Shown: in pieces, positions 18,927 to 30,321 of the stretch
How positions within the stretch are numbered: the stretch's first letter is position 1
Layout of the letters: every line of letters begins with the position of its first letter
Source: Bdellovibrionales bacterium
GTDB taxonomy: Bacteria > Bdellovibrionota > Bdellovibrionia > Bdellovibrionales > UBA1609
Assembly (NCBI GenBank): GCA_965205945.1
Contig: CBDBIB010000003.1
Coordinates: 1-64,000 of the forward strand
DNA: 64,000 nucleotides
Reading direction: 5' to 3'
Notes under the pieces: generated by a model
Told to the model about the DNA's origin: nothing
The model's input: only the letters and a program-made list of their open reading frames with translations
Databases searched by the model: none
Translations under genes and position numbers: made by a program

Positions 18927-19616
18927 ATGCTTGAATTACTTATTTTAACAGGAAAACTACAAGGAACACTGCTTGATATTTTTGAAGATTTTAAAATTGG
19001 TTTTTCAAAAGATTGTCATCTTAAAATTAATACCGATTACTTTAAATCCAATAATTTTATAATTAAATCTAACTCCTCTGGCATTTTTACACTTTACTCT
19101 TCTAATAAAGAAGCTTTGATTTCATCGGGCCTTGAAAATCTGACTAAAATTGATCTAATCCCCGGACTTATTTTTTCAATAGATGAAATAGGATTTTCAA
19201 TCCAAGAAGCTAAAATAAAAACTACAATTCAAAAGAAAAAAAACCCCTCCTCATTAACTGACCTTTATGACAATTCAAACCTTAACTCTGATACTAAAAT
19301 AGTCAAAATTAAAGCTCTTAATACACCTGTTATCTTTAATTTTACTAGAGGGTTTTGGCTTAACCAATCTTGGAACATTCCCTGGCAGCCTATTTCTTTT
19401 GGCAGAGCATCAAGTCTTTTTTTCTTCATAGATGACTCTATTACCTCAAATCTAGATTTTCTTACTCTATTTATTTTAAATGATAAACTCCTGATTTCTT
19501 CAAAAAAACCTAATTTTGTATTCCTTAATAAAAACCCCCTAAATGAACCGAAAGAAATCTTTAACAAAGACCTCATTGAATTTGGGCAAACAGCATTCTA
19601 TATTAAAATAACATGA
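18927..19616 (+). CDS. Degenerate tandem FHA-like domain protein
   Basis: LLILTGKLQG N-terminus; ISFGRAS and FLNK..EIFNKDLIEFGQT FHA-like C-terminal pattern. Confidence 0.55.
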   Translation: MLELLILTGKLQGTLLDIFEDFKIGFSKDCHLKINTDYFKSNNFIIKSNSSGIFTLYSSNKEALISSGLENLTKIDLIPGLIFSIDEIGFSIQEAKIKTTIQKKKNPSSLTDLYDNSNLNSDTKIVKIKALNTPVIFNFTRGFWLNQSWNIPWQPISFGRASSLFFFIDDSITSNLDFLTLFILNDKLLISSKKPNFVFLNKNPLNEPKEIFNKDLIEFGQTAFYIKIT

Positions 19617-20485
19617 GTATCCCAAGAAAAACAGGCTTTTTAAAAATGTCTGATGAAACAAAAATCTACTATGAACTCTATGGTGACTCCGGCCCTATTA
19701 TTGTTCTCACATACGGCATTGCTTGCCTTATGAACCACTGGCACTTTCAAATCGATGATTTTGCAAAAGATCACCACGTCTTAACTTATGATCTTAGAGG
19801 ACATCATAAAAGTGAAATGGGCCCTAATGAGAACATAACCACTGATCTTTTAGCCCAAGACGCCATAGAGCTTCTTAAAATGTTATTCCCTAAAAATCCA
19901 CAAGCCCATTTTTGGGGGCATAGCTTAGGAGCTCCAATTTCTTTTAGATGCGCCTCTTTATTCCCTGACTCCGTTAAATCTATTGTTTTAATCAATGGTT
20001 TTTATAAGAACCCTTTTTCAGAACTTCTACCGACTAAGGTCTGTACAAAACTTATAGATAACTTAAGCACCTTTGCTCAAACAGCCCCTTCTTTATCAAA
20101 ATATCTTTGGGCTAAATCTATAAACAATCCTATTTTCCACTATGTTGCAGGAATAAGCGGCGGCTTTAATTTGGAAAGAACAGATTATAAAGACATTGAA
20201 ATCTACTCAAAGGGTTTAAGCACAATACCTCTTCTAAATTTTTTCAAGCATTTTAAAGCTCTCATAGATTTTGATGGCTCTTCTTATTTTGAACAAATTA
20301 CCTGCCCTGCTCTTATTGTACATGGAACTAGAGATGGTTTAATCCCCCTTGAACAAAATAAAATTCTTGCTGAATGTCTCTTTAAGTCGACATTTTTAGA
20401 ATTTAAGGAAGGAAGCCACTGTACTCAACTAGATCTTCCCATTGAACTTAATTTAAAAATCAGAGATTTTTTAAAAACCCTTTAA
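19613..20485 (+). CDS. Alpha/beta hydrolase
   Basis: YDLRGH, GHSLG nucleophile elbow, HGTRD and GSHC. Confidence 0.9.
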   Translation: MSIPRKTGFLKMSDETKIYYELYGDSGPIIVLTYGIACLMNHWHFQIDDFAKDHHVLTYDLRGHHKSEMGPNENITTDLLAQDAIELLKMLFPKNPQAHFWGHSLGAPISFRCASLFPDSVKSIVLINGFYKNPFSELLPTKVCTKLIDNLSTFAQTAPSLSKYLWAKSINNPIFHYVAGISGGFNLERTDYKDIEIYSKGLSTIPLLNFFKHFKALIDFDGSSYFEQITCPALIVHGTRDGLIPLEQNKILAECLFKSTFLEFKEGSHCTQLDLPIELNLKIRDFLKTL

Positions 20486-20530
20486 AAACCCGCTTAAAAT
20501 CAACCCTTTTTTAAGTTAATTTTATATTTA

Positions 20531-20638
20531 TGTGGATAAGTTTGTGGATTATGACGAGTAATCCACCATAAGTTTTTCTAAATCTAGACGTTTGATTTAA
20601 AAAAATACAAACACTTAAAACAATTAAGTTTATGCACA
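20531..20638. promoter_or_regulatory. Cluster of DnaA boxes outside oriC
   Basis: TGTGGATAA 20531-20539, TGTGGATTA 20543-20551, TAATCCACC 20559-20567 and TTATGCACA 20630-20638 in a convergent intergenic gap. Confidence 0.6.
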
Positions 20639-20738
20639 GTTAAATTAACTTTAAATAAGGTTAAAGTATTGTAATCACTATGAAAAATAAATATTTTTGT
20701 CCCTTCAAGAATTTCCAAGGCTCAATTAAGAGAAATAA

Positions 20739-21482
20739 TTAAAAGCTAGATTTAACTAAACCTCTATTAAGCACAGCAATGTTATCAAGAGGAATTTCTT
20801 TAGGACACCCTGCTGAGCAAGAACCTGTATTTGTACATGCACCAAAACCCTCTTCATCCATTTGAGCAATCATACGAGAAACCCTAGTTTTTTGCTCAAC
20901 TTTTCCCTGTGGAGCCTTTCCTAAGTGATTTACTTTTGCTGCTACAAAAAGCATTGCAGAAGCATTTTTACACGCAGCAACACATGCACCACAACCAATA
21001 CAAGCTGCAGATGTAAATGAATTATCAGAGTCTACTTTAGAAAATGGAAGAGCATTTGCATCTTGTGCATTTCCTGTTGCAACTGAAACATACCCACCAG
21101 AACTAATAATTCTATCAAAAGCAGATCGATCTACAATAAGGTCTCTTAACACAGGAAAAGCTTTTGCTCTCCATGGCTCTATAAAAATAGTCTGACCATC
21201 TTTAAAAGCTCTCATATGAAGCTGACATGTTGTTGTTCCCCTCTGAGGTCCGTGAACATCACCATTGATCACCATTGAGCATGCACCGCAAATACCTTCA
21301 CGACAATCATGATCAAATGCCAATGGTTCTTTTCCTTGATGAATTAAATCTTGATTCATCACATCTAACATTTCAAGAAAGGACATTTGTGTAGAAATAT
21401 TCTTAGCATTATACTCTTGAAAGTAACCCTTATCGTTTTGACTTTTCTGCCTCCAAATTTTTAACTTTAACTGTAGCATCAT
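20739..21482 (-). CDS. sdhB: Succinate dehydrogenase/fumarate reductase Fe-S subunit
   Basis: [23 protein letters not shown] and [12 protein letters not shown]. Confidence 0.93.
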   Translation of the reverse strand: MMLQLKLKIWRQKSQNDKGYFQEYNAKNISTQMSFLEMLDVMNQDLIHQGKEPLAFDHDCREGICGACSMVINGDVHGPQRGTTTCQLHMRAFKDGQTIFIEPWRAKAFPVLRDLIVDRSAFDRIISSGGYVSVATGNAQDANALPFSKVDSDNSFTSAACIGCGACVAACKNASAMLFVAAKVNHLGKAPQGKVEQKTRVSRMIAQMDEEGFGACTNTGSCSAGCPKEIPLDNIAVLNRGLVKSSF

Positions 21483-21493
21483 ATAATCACCCT

Positions 21494-23425
21494 TTACTTA
21501 TAACTTCTTGTTGCTAATTCAATATTTTCAAACTCAAGGCGTTCTTTATGAAGATCCCACTTCATATTGATTCCTTCGCCAAAAAACTCATAGACTGAAG
21601 CATGGGAAAATTGAGCATCATTTCTTTTCGCCTCACCCTCTTTTGTCTGATATTCATCCCTAAAGTGACCTCCACAACTTTCTTCTCGATCTAATGCATC
21701 TTGAGCCATTAACTGACCAAGCTCTAAGAAATCTGAAAGCCTTGTAGCTTTTTCTATTTCTTCATTTTTATAATTAGCTTCACCTGGAAGTTTCACATTA
21801 TTATAAAACTCTTCTCTAAGCTTTTTAATTTCACAAATAGCCTTTTTTAAACCTACCTTATTACGAGCCATACCTACATGCTCCCACATTATATGCCCAA
21901 GCTCTCTATGAATCTCATCTACAGTTTTTAAACCTTTAATATTTAACAAAATATCAAGCTCATTTGAAACTTTTTCTTTAGACTCTTTAAATGCAGCATG
22001 ATTTTCATCAATTTTTTCTAAAGTATTTGAAGCCAAATAATTTCCAAGAGTTGCCGGAATTATAAAATAACCATCAGCAAGTCCTTGCATAAGGGCAGAC
22101 GCTCCAAGTCTATTAGCACCATGATCAGAAAAATTTGCCTCACCTAAAACATGTAGTCCTGGAATTGTACTTTGCAAATTATAATCAACCCATAAACCAC
22201 CCATAGTATAATGAACCGCAGGATATATTCTCATTGGAGTTTCATACGGACTTTCACCTGTAATCTTCTCATACATTTGAAATAAATTTCCATATTTCTC
22301 ACTAATAGCTTCATGGCCTAAACGCTTTATAGCATCTTTAAAATCTAAATAAACCGCCATACCTGTTGTCCCCACACCTTTACCTTCATCAACTCTGTAT
22401 TTTGCCTGTCTTGATGAAACGTCTCTTGGCGCTAAGTTACCAAAACTTGGATAAACCCTTTCTAAATAGTAATCTCTCTCATTTTCAGGAATATCTAAAG
22501 GCTTTCTTTTATCACTCAACGCTTTTGGAACCCAAACACGCCCATCATTTCTTAAAGACTCAGACATCAAAGTTAATTTTGATTGGTAGTCACCTGAAAC
22601 CGGAATACATGTTGGATGGATTTGTGTATAACAAGGATTTGCAAAGGCAGCCCCTTTTTTATGCGCTCTCCAGGCCGCAGTACAATTTGATTGTTTTGCA
22701 TTTGTTGAAAGATAAAAAACATTGGCGTACCCACCAGTACAAAGTAAAACAGTTTCAGCTGCATGACTTTCAATTTCACCTGTAATCAGATTTCTAACAG
22801 TAATTCCACGAGCTCTTCCATCAACAGTCACAAGATCCAACATTTCCCTTCTTGTATATAATTTAACAGCTCTTTTATCGACTTGTTTCATCATAGAAGA
22901 ATACGCTCCTATTAATAACTGCTGCCCTGTTTGACCTCTAGCATAAAAAGTTCTTGAAACCTGAGCACCACCAAATGATCTATTCATTAAAAGCCCACCA
23001 TAATCTCTTGCAAAAGGCACTCCTTGAGCAACGGCTTGATCAATAATATTTGAGGATACTTGAGCAAGCCTATAAACATTAGCCTCTCTTGACCTAAAAT
23101 CTCCACCTTTTATAGTATCATAAAAAAGTCTTTGTACTGAATCACCATCATTTTGATAATTTTTAGCCGCATTAATCCCACCTTGAGCCGCAATAGAATG
23201 TGCTCTTCTTGGAGAATCGTGTATACAAAAAGCATGCACATCATAGCCTAACTCAGATAACGTTGCCGCCGCAGAAGCCCCGGCCAAACCTGTTCCAACA
23301 ACTATAACCTTAAATTTTCTTTTGTTCGCAGGATTTACAAGCTTTATTAAAGACTTATGATTATCCCACTTATCTGTAATTAACCCTTCAGGAATTTGTG
23401 AGTCTAATTTAATTGCCAAAATCAT
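21494..23425 (-). CDS. sdhA: Succinate dehydrogenase/fumarate reductase flavoprotein
   Basis: [27 protein letters not shown] and [11 protein letters not shown]; true start may be TTG 23419. Confidence 0.95.
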   Translation of the reverse strand: MILAIKLDSQIPEGLITDKWDNHKSLIKLVNPANKRKFKVIVVGTGLAGASAAATLSELGYDVHAFCIHDSPRRAHSIAAQGGINAAKNYQNDGDSVQRLFYDTIKGGDFRSREANVYRLAQVSSNIIDQAVAQGVPFARDYGGLLMNRSFGGAQVSRTFYARGQTGQQLLIGAYSSMMKQVDKRAVKLYTRREMLDLVTVDGRARGITVRNLITGEIESHAAETVLLCTGGYANVFYLSTNAKQSNCTAAWRAHKKGAAFANPCYTQIHPTCIPVSGDYQSKLTLMSESLRNDGRVWVPKALSDKRKPLDIPENERDYYLERVYPSFGNLAPRDVSSRQAKYRVDEGKGVGTTGMAVYLDFKDAIKRLGHEAISEKYGNLFQMYEKITGESPYETPMRIYPAVHYTMGGLWVDYNLQSTIPGLHVLGEANFSDHGANRLGASALMQGLADGYFIIPATLGNYLASNTLEKIDENHAAFKESKEKVSNELDILLNIKGLKTVDEIHRELGHIMWEHVGMARNKVGLKKAICEIKKLREEFYNNVKLPGEANYKNEEIEKATRLSDFLELGQLMAQDALDREESCGGHFRDEYQTKEGEAKRNDAQFSHASVYEFFGEGINMKWDLHKERLEFENIELATRSYK

Positions 23426-23465
23426 CTCCTCTATTTTTTTAAAAAAACCATACTCTTTATGAAAA

Positions 23466-24116
23466 TTAATAAATTAAATAAATATACAACGGCGGTAATA
23501 AAAACCCTACTGTCACTAAAAAAGCATAAACCTTTGCAATACATTTAATTTTTGAATCATATTTTGCATTATTTAAACCCAGTGATTGAAAGCTAGATGC
23601 TAAACCATGCCCTAAATGTGTTCCCAAAATCACTAAAACAATTAAGTATGCTCCTACATATAATGGATTTTTAAAAGACTCCTCCATCAACCTAAACAAA
23701 TCTCGCATTTGAATACCGTCATAACTTACTAAATAACGTGTACCATATTTAAAAGTAATTAAATGCCAAACTAAAAATGCTAAGATAACAACCCCTTGAA
23801 ACTGCATAGTCCTTGAGGCTAAACTTGCTGAATTTTTTCTTCCCATCACTGCATAATTAGACCCTTTTGCTTTTTTATTTTTAAAAACTAAAAAAAGAGC
23901 TATAACCATATGAATAAGAAACATGCCTATTAATATGGCTTCAACAAAATATATCACCGGATTGCTTGTTAAGGTATGTGCATATTTATTATAAATCTCA
24001 GGATCTACAAACATAAGTAAATTGCCTGCCATATGTGTCAGCACAAAGACTGATAAACCAAGACCTGCAAGGCCTACCATTTGTTTTCTACCAATAGTTG
24101 AAGTGAAATAACTCAT
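23466..24116 (-). CDS. sdhC: Succinate dehydrogenase cytochrome b subunit (single 5-TM anchor)
   Basis: [18 protein letters not shown] and HLGHG..SFQSLG; first gene of sdhCAB. Confidence 0.9.
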   Translation of the reverse strand: MSYFTSTIGRKQMVGLAGLGLSVFVLTHMAGNLLMFVDPEIYNKYAHTLTSNPVIYFVEAILIGMFLIHMVIALFLVFKNKKAKGSNYAVMGRKNSASLASRTMQFQGVVILAFLVWHLITFKYGTRYLVSYDGIQMRDLFRLMEESFKNPLYVGAYLIVLVILGTHLGHGLASSFQSLGLNNAKYDSKIKCIAKVYAFLVTVGFLLPPLYIYLIY

Positions 24117-24297
24117 AAAACCCTTTAAACTTTAATTATTTTTAAATTTCGTATAATAATCTAAGTAACCTACCACCATATTAACTAATTTAAAAACTGT
24201 CATTATTAAACGCAGCTTAAGAACCACCAAATATCCTAAACTCTTGATATTTCCTTATTTAATGTCTACAAAACAGACTTACAAAGGGAGATAATTC

Positions 24298-25071
24298 ATG
24301 GCTATTTTTGTATGCATAAAACAGGTTCCAGACACTGAAACTAAAATTCAATTAAACAATGATAAGTCTGGAATTTTAACAGATTCCATTAAATGGATAT
24401 TAAACCCCTATGATGACTTTGCCATTGAAGAGGCTATAAAACTAAAAACCTACATAGGTGTAAACGATATTTATGCAATTACGTTAGGCCCTGAGAAAAG
24501 AACACAAAGTTCACTACGTATTGCTCTAGCCATGGGTTGTGATAAGGGAATCTGCATTGATTATGACGGCACTTTAGATTCACTTACTGCTGCTAAAGCC
24601 ATTAAGGCTGCTATTTTAAAAACCTGTGAGCCCACTTTAATCCTTACAGGAAAATCTTCAATTGATGACAATTCACAGGCTTTTACACAACAACTTGCCG
24701 CACTTTTTAAGGTTCCCCATGCAACGGCTGTTACGAAAATAACTTTTAATGATGGAGTAATTCAAACCGAGCGTGAAGTTGAGGGTGGAGCAAGAGAGGT
24801 TTATTCCATAACCGGTCTTTGTGTAATTGGTGCAAATAAAGGTTTAAATACTCCTCGCTACCCAAGTCTTCCAGGGATCATGAAAGCTAAGAAAAAACCT
24901 ATTCATATTTATTCTATGAGTGACCTTAACATCAATATAAACTCAACCATAACTTTCACAAACTACCAACTTCCAGAAGAAAAACCTCCAACAAAAATTC
25001 TTTCTGGAGAAATTGATACTCAAATTGATGAATTAGTGAACCTACTTAAAAACGAAGCTAAGATTCTATAA
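24298..25071 (+). CDS. etfB: Electron transfer flavoprotein beta subunit
   Basis: VCIKQVPD, NPYDDFAIEEA and PRYPSLPGIMKAKKK. Confidence 0.95.
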   Translation: MAIFVCIKQVPDTETKIQLNNDKSGILTDSIKWILNPYDDFAIEEAIKLKTYIGVNDIYAITLGPEKRTQSSLRIALAMGCDKGICIDYDGTLDSLTAAKAIKAAILKTCEPTLILTGKSSIDDNSQAFTQQLAALFKVPHATAVTKITFNDGVIQTEREVEGGAREVYSITGLCVIGANKGLNTPRYPSLPGIMKAKKKPIHIYSMSDLNININSTITFTNYQLPEEKPPTKILSGEIDTQIDELVNLLKNEAKIL

Positions 25072-25084
25072 AGGAGATTTTATT

Positions 25085-26038
25085 ATGGTTAGCGCATTAG
25101 TATTTTTAGAAAATTTAAATGGTAAAATTAAAAAATCTTCTTTTGAATTAAGCCAGTGGTGCCAATCTAAGAATCTTAGTTGGGAAGCTCTTTTTATAGG
25201 CGATATGACTGATGAAATAAAATCCCAATGTGAATCTATGGGGATATCAAAAGTAATCTCCATGAAAACTGATTCTAATTATAACCCGATGACTTGGAGT
25301 AAAGGATTTTCTGATTTAGTCCATGAGAAAAACTATTCTTTTGTTCTTGGATCTTCAACAGTACTTGCAACGGATCTTTTTTCAAGAACTTCAGTTTATG
25401 TAAGCGGTGACTATGTTGCAGACTGCACTAAACTTTCTTTAAATGAAAATAAAATCACTCCTAGAAAACCTCTTTACGCAGGAAAATGCTCCTGCTCTGT
25501 AAAACTTAGCGGTTTAGGACCTAAGTTTATTTTAATGCGTGCTAATCAATTGCCTTCAGCCAATAAAGAAAACACAACTCTAAATATTATAAAGTTTAAC
25601 CTTCCAAAAAGCCCTTCTAGCTTTACTGTAAAACCTTCTCTTAAAGCAAATAACAACAAGGTTGATCTTACTCAAGCAAATATAATTGTTTCCGGTGGTC
25701 GAGGAATGAAAGAGGCCTCTAATTTTAAGCTCTTAGATGATCTTGCAAATGTATTAGGAGCTACTGTTGGTGCCTCTCGTGCTGTAACAGATGATGGCTG
25801 GGTTCCCCATAGTATGCAAGTTGGTCAAACAGGTAAAACTGTTGCTCCTTCACTTTATATTGCTTGCGGTATATCTGGTGCAGTTCAGCATTTAGCTGGA
25901 ATGAGTGGAAGTAAAGTTGTTGTTGCAATTAACAACGATATTGACGCTCCTATTTTTAAAAAATCTACTTACGGTATTGTTGGTGATGTATTTGAAGTTT
26001 TACCAAAATTAACAAATAAATTTAAAAGTATTTTATAA
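25085..26038 (+). CDS. etfA: Electron transfer flavoprotein alpha subunit
   Basis: SGGRGM, GASRAV, QVGQTGK and GISGAVQHLAGM. Confidence 0.95.
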   Translation: MVSALVFLENLNGKIKKSSFELSQWCQSKNLSWEALFIGDMTDEIKSQCESMGISKVISMKTDSNYNPMTWSKGFSDLVHEKNYSFVLGSSTVLATDLFSRTSVYVSGDYVADCTKLSLNENKITPRKPLYAGKCSCSVKLSGLGPKFILMRANQLPSANKENTTLNIIKFNLPKSPSSFTVKPSLKANNNKVDLTQANIIVSGGRGMKEASNFKLLDDLANVLGATVGASRAVTDDGWVPHSMQVGQTGKTVAPSLYIACGISGAVQHLAGMSGSKVVVAINNDIDAPIFKKSTYGIVGDVFEVLPKLTNKFKSIL

Positions 26039-26057
26039 CATATAAGAAATTTTATTT

Positions 26058-26723
26058 ATGGAGATTAAAAAAACAGATAAATTTAACCCCATACTTATAT
26101 GGCTCTTAACATTTTTTTATAAACTCTATCTCCTTACATTAAGGAAAAAAATTATATTTTCTCCTGAATTTAAAAAGTATATTAAAACTAAAAAACCTAT
26201 ACTTATTGCTGTTTGGCATCAAGATGTAAATACTCTTTTATACCTTTCATGGAAATTCAACTTTCTTTCCATTGTTTCAGATAGCAAAGATGGACAACTT
26301 GTAGCCCAGATTATAGAGCAACTCGGATCCGTTACGGCTAGAGGTTCTTCAAGAACAAACCCTATTAAAGCTTTTAAAGGCTTTATCCGGCTAATGAAAA
26401 CAGGAAAATACTGGGCCTGTATAGCAGTTGATGGCCCAAAGGGACCTCCTAAAAAAGCCAAATCTGGAATACTTCAAAGTTCTAAAATTTTTTCATGTCC
26501 TATTGCTAACATAAGCATCGCTTACAGTTCTAAGTGGGTTCTTAAAAAAAGCTGGGATCAAACAATAATTGCAAAACCTTTTTCAAAAGTCATCTTTAAC
26601 TTTAGTCCAGTTCTTGAAACTGTAACAAAAAATATGGACCCTCATAATCCTAAACTTTTGACAAGATTAAGTGAAAACATGTCTAGTAATCAAAACTTAA
26701 CACTAGGTTACTTAAAAAAATAA
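26058..26723 (+). CDS. DUF374 / lysophospholipid acyltransferase-family protein
   Basis: WH, SDSKDG, RGSS and DGPKGP motifs. Confidence 0.8.
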   Translation: MEIKKTDKFNPILIWLLTFFYKLYLLTLRKKIIFSPEFKKYIKTKKPILIAVWHQDVNTLLYLSWKFNFLSIVSDSKDGQLVAQIIEQLGSVTARGSSRTNPIKAFKGFIRLMKTGKYWACIAVDGPKGPPKKAKSGILQSSKIFSCPIANISIAYSSKWVLKKSWDQTIIAKPFSKVIFNFSPVLETVTKNMDPHNPKLLTRLSENMSSNQNLTLGYLKK

Positions 26724-26760
26724 TTATAAAGTAAAGATTCAATATTCTGGAGGAAACATC

Positions 26761-27570
26761 ATGATTAAACAATCTTTCTTAACCCTATGTCTTGGTCTTA
26801 GTTTCTCAGCTTCGGCACAAACTGTTGCTCAAATTGGTTCTGTGAAAATCTCAAAATCTGATTTTGAAAAAAGCTACCAACAAACCTTACAAAACTCTCG
26901 TTCTTTAACAAGGCCTCCAACACGTCAAGAGCATCTAGAGGATATGATTCGTTTTAAGTTAGGCCTACAAGAGGCTGCAAAATTAAATGTAGCCAAAAAC
27001 CCTGCTGTTAAAAAATCCCTAGAACTTACTCTTTATAAAGGACTTCTTGAAGTAAAACTTTCTAAACAAGTTGATAAAATCAAAGTTTCTGAAAAGGAAA
27101 TGAGGGCCTTTTATAAAAAACACCCTCATATGCGTTCAAGTCATATTTTTATAAGATTTCCTGAAAATCCTACACCACAACAAATTAAAAAAATCACTTC
27201 TAGAGCAAACAAAATATATACTCATATTCTTTCTGATAAGAAAAAATGGCCTGTACATGTAAAAAATTATTCTGATGATGAACCTACTAAAATAATCGCA
27301 GGGGACCTTGGTTATCACAGTTCAAGCTCTCTTTATCCTAGTTACTATTCTACACTTAAATCCTTAAAAATTGGCAGTATCTCTAAGCCTTTCCGTGGTT
27401 TATTCGGTCTTCATATCGTGAAAAAAACCGACCAGCTCTCCTTTGAAGACGCAGATAAGAATGCTATAAAGATCACCGTTTTTAACAAAAAACGATTCCT
27501 AATTCTTAACAAATACTTTAATAACTTAAAGAAAAAATATAATGTCTCTTATAATAACGATGCTCTTTAA
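26761..27570 (+). CDS. Periplasmic parvulin-type peptidyl-prolyl isomerase
   Basis: Signal peptide; SSHIFI, YSDD, GDLGY and FGLHIVK. Confidence 0.85.
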   Translation: MIKQSFLTLCLGLSFSASAQTVAQIGSVKISKSDFEKSYQQTLQNSRSLTRPPTRQEHLEDMIRFKLGLQEAAKLNVAKNPAVKKSLELTLYKGLLEVKLSKQVDKIKVSEKEMRAFYKKHPHMRSSHIFIRFPENPTPQQIKKITSRANKIYTHILSDKKKWPVHVKNYSDDEPTKIIAGDLGYHSSSSLYPSYYSTLKSLKIGSISKPFRGLFGLHIVKKTDQLSFEDADKNAIKITVFNKKRFLILNKYFNNLKKKYNVSYNNDAL

Positions 27571-27594
27571 AAAATTATCTTATAAAATAAGTAA

Positions 27595-28467
27595 ATGAAT
27601 CTCTTACTTTACCTTTCACTATTTTTTCTACTCTCATGCAATTTAAAACAAGATAAAGAACCTTATCTTATTAAATATGGTTTTAAAAAAGTTCAAAGTG
27701 CTGAATTTATAAATTCTTTAATGGTTTTAGGCTTTATAAAACACGGTAAAACTTTTTATTCCAAAATATACGATCCTATTTTTTTTGAAAATATGAAAAC
27801 TCAAACCTTAGAACACTTCATTAACAATATATTTTACAATTCTTTATCACAAAAGTATAAGATTAAGGTAACTGATTCTGAACTTGAAGACTGGATTAAA
27901 ACTCGAACACCTGGTTTAAAAAAAGAGGATTTAATCTATACTCTTAAGGTAAATAATTTTTCTTATAATGATTGGAAAAGATTTTTTCGAAATCAATTTA
28001 TCCAAAATAAAATTTTAACAAAGCTACACCCTTTAAAAAAAATACACCCTGCTAAAATAAAAAAATCCCATAAAGACGCCTTATATCTAGCTGTTATCTC
28101 TTTTGAAGATGAGCTTGAAGCAGACGAACAATATAAAAGAATTAAAAAAAACCTTGCTCGCTTTGATGATATCTTAATAAAAAAAACTCAAACTAAACTT
28201 TATTCCTGGGTACCCACAACAGATCTACCTTTTTTTAAACAAATTAAATATTTAGCCTTAAATAAAGTTTCTAAACCTATTCAGACTCCATGGGGATATA
28301 TTTTAGTTCAAATTCAAAAAAAAGGAAAATTCCCCTTACAACAAACCCATGCCGCAAGGAGTCAGCAAACTTTCTCCTCTATAAAACCTCTTTTAGAAGA
28401 GTTTAAAAAAAGTAAGAAGCTACATATTAACACTCAACTCCTATACAGCTTGAAAATCAGAAAATAG
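27595..28467 (+). CDS. SurA-like/parvulin lipoprotein (degenerate PPIase)
   Basis: Lipobox LLSC; IKVTDSEL SurA-N-like segment; SKPIQTPWGY. Confidence 0.65.
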   Translation: MNLLLYLSLFFLLSCNLKQDKEPYLIKYGFKKVQSAEFINSLMVLGFIKHGKTFYSKIYDPIFFENMKTQTLEHFINNIFYNSLSQKYKIKVTDSELEDWIKTRTPGLKKEDLIYTLKVNNFSYNDWKRFFRNQFIQNKILTKLHPLKKIHPAKIKKSHKDALYLAVISFEDELEADEQYKRIKKNLARFDDILIKKTQTKLYSWVPTTDLPFFKQIKYLALNKVSKPIQTPWGYILVQIQKKGKFPLQQTHAARSQQTFSSIKPLLEEFKKSKKLHINTQLLYSLKIRK

Positions 28468-28496
28468 AGTTTTATACCTTTATCTAAGGTATTTTT

Positions 28497-29417
28497 ATGC
28501 AGTTAAAACTTCAAATTCTAACTCTCTGTCTTCTTATTAACTCTATGGCTCAAGCAAAAATCGTTGAGAGCGTTTTAGCTGTTGTAGAAGGACATATGAT
28601 TCTTAAATCTGATGTCTTAGCTTTTCAAAAAAAGCTTTCTAAGAAAACTCTAATAAATGAAAATTTAATCCCCTTTTTAAATCTAAATACACGTTCTAAG
28701 TCTAGAAAAGAAATTTTAAATTACCTTATTTCAAAAAAAATTATTACTGTATTTGCACAAAAAAATTTAAACATTTTAAATCTTGATGAACTTATAAATA
28801 AAGAGCTCTTAAGCCTTGCTCAACAAAATAAAATTTCTATAAAACAGTTAGAAAAAGAAATCAAAGCTAGGGGTATTAACTTTGATAGTTATAAAACCTT
28901 TATTGCAGAATCTTCTTTAATCCGCTCAGCTCTTGAGAAAAATGTAATCTCACAAGTACGACCAACAGAAGAGGATTTTGTAAATTTCTTAAAACAAAAT
29001 AATGTTTCTGGTATAGTTCCTAGTTATACATATAATCTAGATCAAATTTTTATTTCAAATAAATCTCCAGATGCACTAAATCTTGCAAAAAGTATAACTA
29101 AAAAAAACTTTAAAGATCGTTTTAAAACCTTAAAACGTGAGAGTACAAAACTTGGATCTTTAAAAGACTCTGACCTATCAAAAGCCCACTCTAAAGCAGT
29201 CTTTTTCCTACAACAAAACAACATCAGCTCTGTGCTTACTGAAACACACGGTTACCGTATTTTTTATGTGAATTCAAAGCATAGCCGTTTTAACGTTCCA
29301 AATACTGCTAGAGTTAAATCATTACAAAAGCAGTACTATAACAAAAAAATTAAGACTCAATTTGATTCTTGGTTTAGTAAAATCAAACCACAGTTTTTTG
29401 TTCGTATAAATGATTAA
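28497..29417 (+). CDS. surA: SurA-family chaperone
   Basis: AKIVESVLAVVEGHMILKSDV N-terminus; directly upstream of pdxA. Confidence 0.7.
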   Translation: MQLKLQILTLCLLINSMAQAKIVESVLAVVEGHMILKSDVLAFQKKLSKKTLINENLIPFLNLNTRSKSRKEILNYLISKKIITVFAQKNLNILNLDELINKELLSLAQQNKISIKQLEKEIKARGINFDSYKTFIAESSLIRSALEKNVISQVRPTEEDFVNFLKQNNVSGIVPSYTYNLDQIFISNKSPDALNLAKSITKKNFKDRFKTLKRESTKLGSLKDSDLSKAHSKAVFFLQQNNISSVLTETHGYRIFYVNSKHSRFNVPNTARVKSLQKQYYNKKIKTQFDSWFSKIKPQFFVRIND

Positions 29418-30321
29418 AACATATCTTATTACACCTGGTGAATTCAACAGTGTCGGTTTAGAAGTTACTTTAAAAGCTCTAGACTCTATACCAATAAATG
29501 ACACCTATATCATCTATACAAATAAAAATTATTTAAACCAGCACCTTAAAAATCTTTCATTAACCTTTTCTGTGAAAAAACTTTCTAAACCTAGTCATGA
29601 TCTATCTCCTGGTCTTTATTTTATAGACTCTACGGTTTCCCCTGCACAGTGGTTTAAAAGTGCCTGCTCTTTTTGTGCTCTATATCCATACACTAGCGCC
29701 CTTATAACAGGACCTTTAACTAAAGCTTCTTTTAACGATTCTAAAACTTTAGGACACACCTCATATCTTAGATCTCTTTTTAAAGAACTCCCTTTATTTA
29801 TGACTTTCTTTGGAGAAATTTATAATTGCCTTTTATTAAACGATCATATTCCTTTAAAAAAAGTTCCTGAATCTATATCTAAGGAACAAATTGAATCTGC
29901 ACTTAAACTTATTAAGAACTTTAAACCTTCTAAAATTGGACTTTTAGGACTTAATCCACATGCTGGAGAATCTGGGTTAATTGGAAATGAAGAGCTTTTT
30001 ATACACTCCAAACTTATTTCTAAACAAAACCACCTTTACGGCCCTCTTTCTTCAGATGGATTTTTCTTTACTAAATCCTATAAATCCTATGATTTTATAA
30101 TTGCCAACTATCATGACCAAGGACTTATCCCCTTTAAACTTATAAACGGTTTTAATTCTTCACAGACTACTTTAGGGCTTCCTTTTATTCGTACTAGTGT
30201 TAATCATGGCACAAGCGAATCTTTATACATGAAATCTAAAGCAAACCCTACTTCTATGATACATGCTATTAAGTTAGCTCAAAAACTTTTAACTATAAAG
30301 TCATTTAAGGAACAACCATGA
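29410..30321 (+). CDS. pdxA: 4-hydroxythreonine-4-phosphate dehydrogenase family
   Basis: GHT, LNPHAGE, YHDQGLIPFK and LGLPFIRTSVNHGT. Confidence 0.85.
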   Translation: MIKTYLITPGEFNSVGLEVTLKALDSIPINDTYIIYTNKNYLNQHLKNLSLTFSVKKLSKPSHDLSPGLYFIDSTVSPAQWFKSACSFCALYPYTSALITGPLTKASFNDSKTLGHTSYLRSLFKELPLFMTFFGEIYNCLLLNDHIPLKKVPESISKEQIESALKLIKNFKPSKIGLLGLNPHAGESGLIGNEELFIHSKLISKQNHLYGPLSSDGFFFTKSYKSYDFIIANYHDQGLIPFKLINGFNSSQTTLGLPFIRTSVNHGTSESLYMKSKANPTSMIHAIKLAQKLLTIKSFKEQP

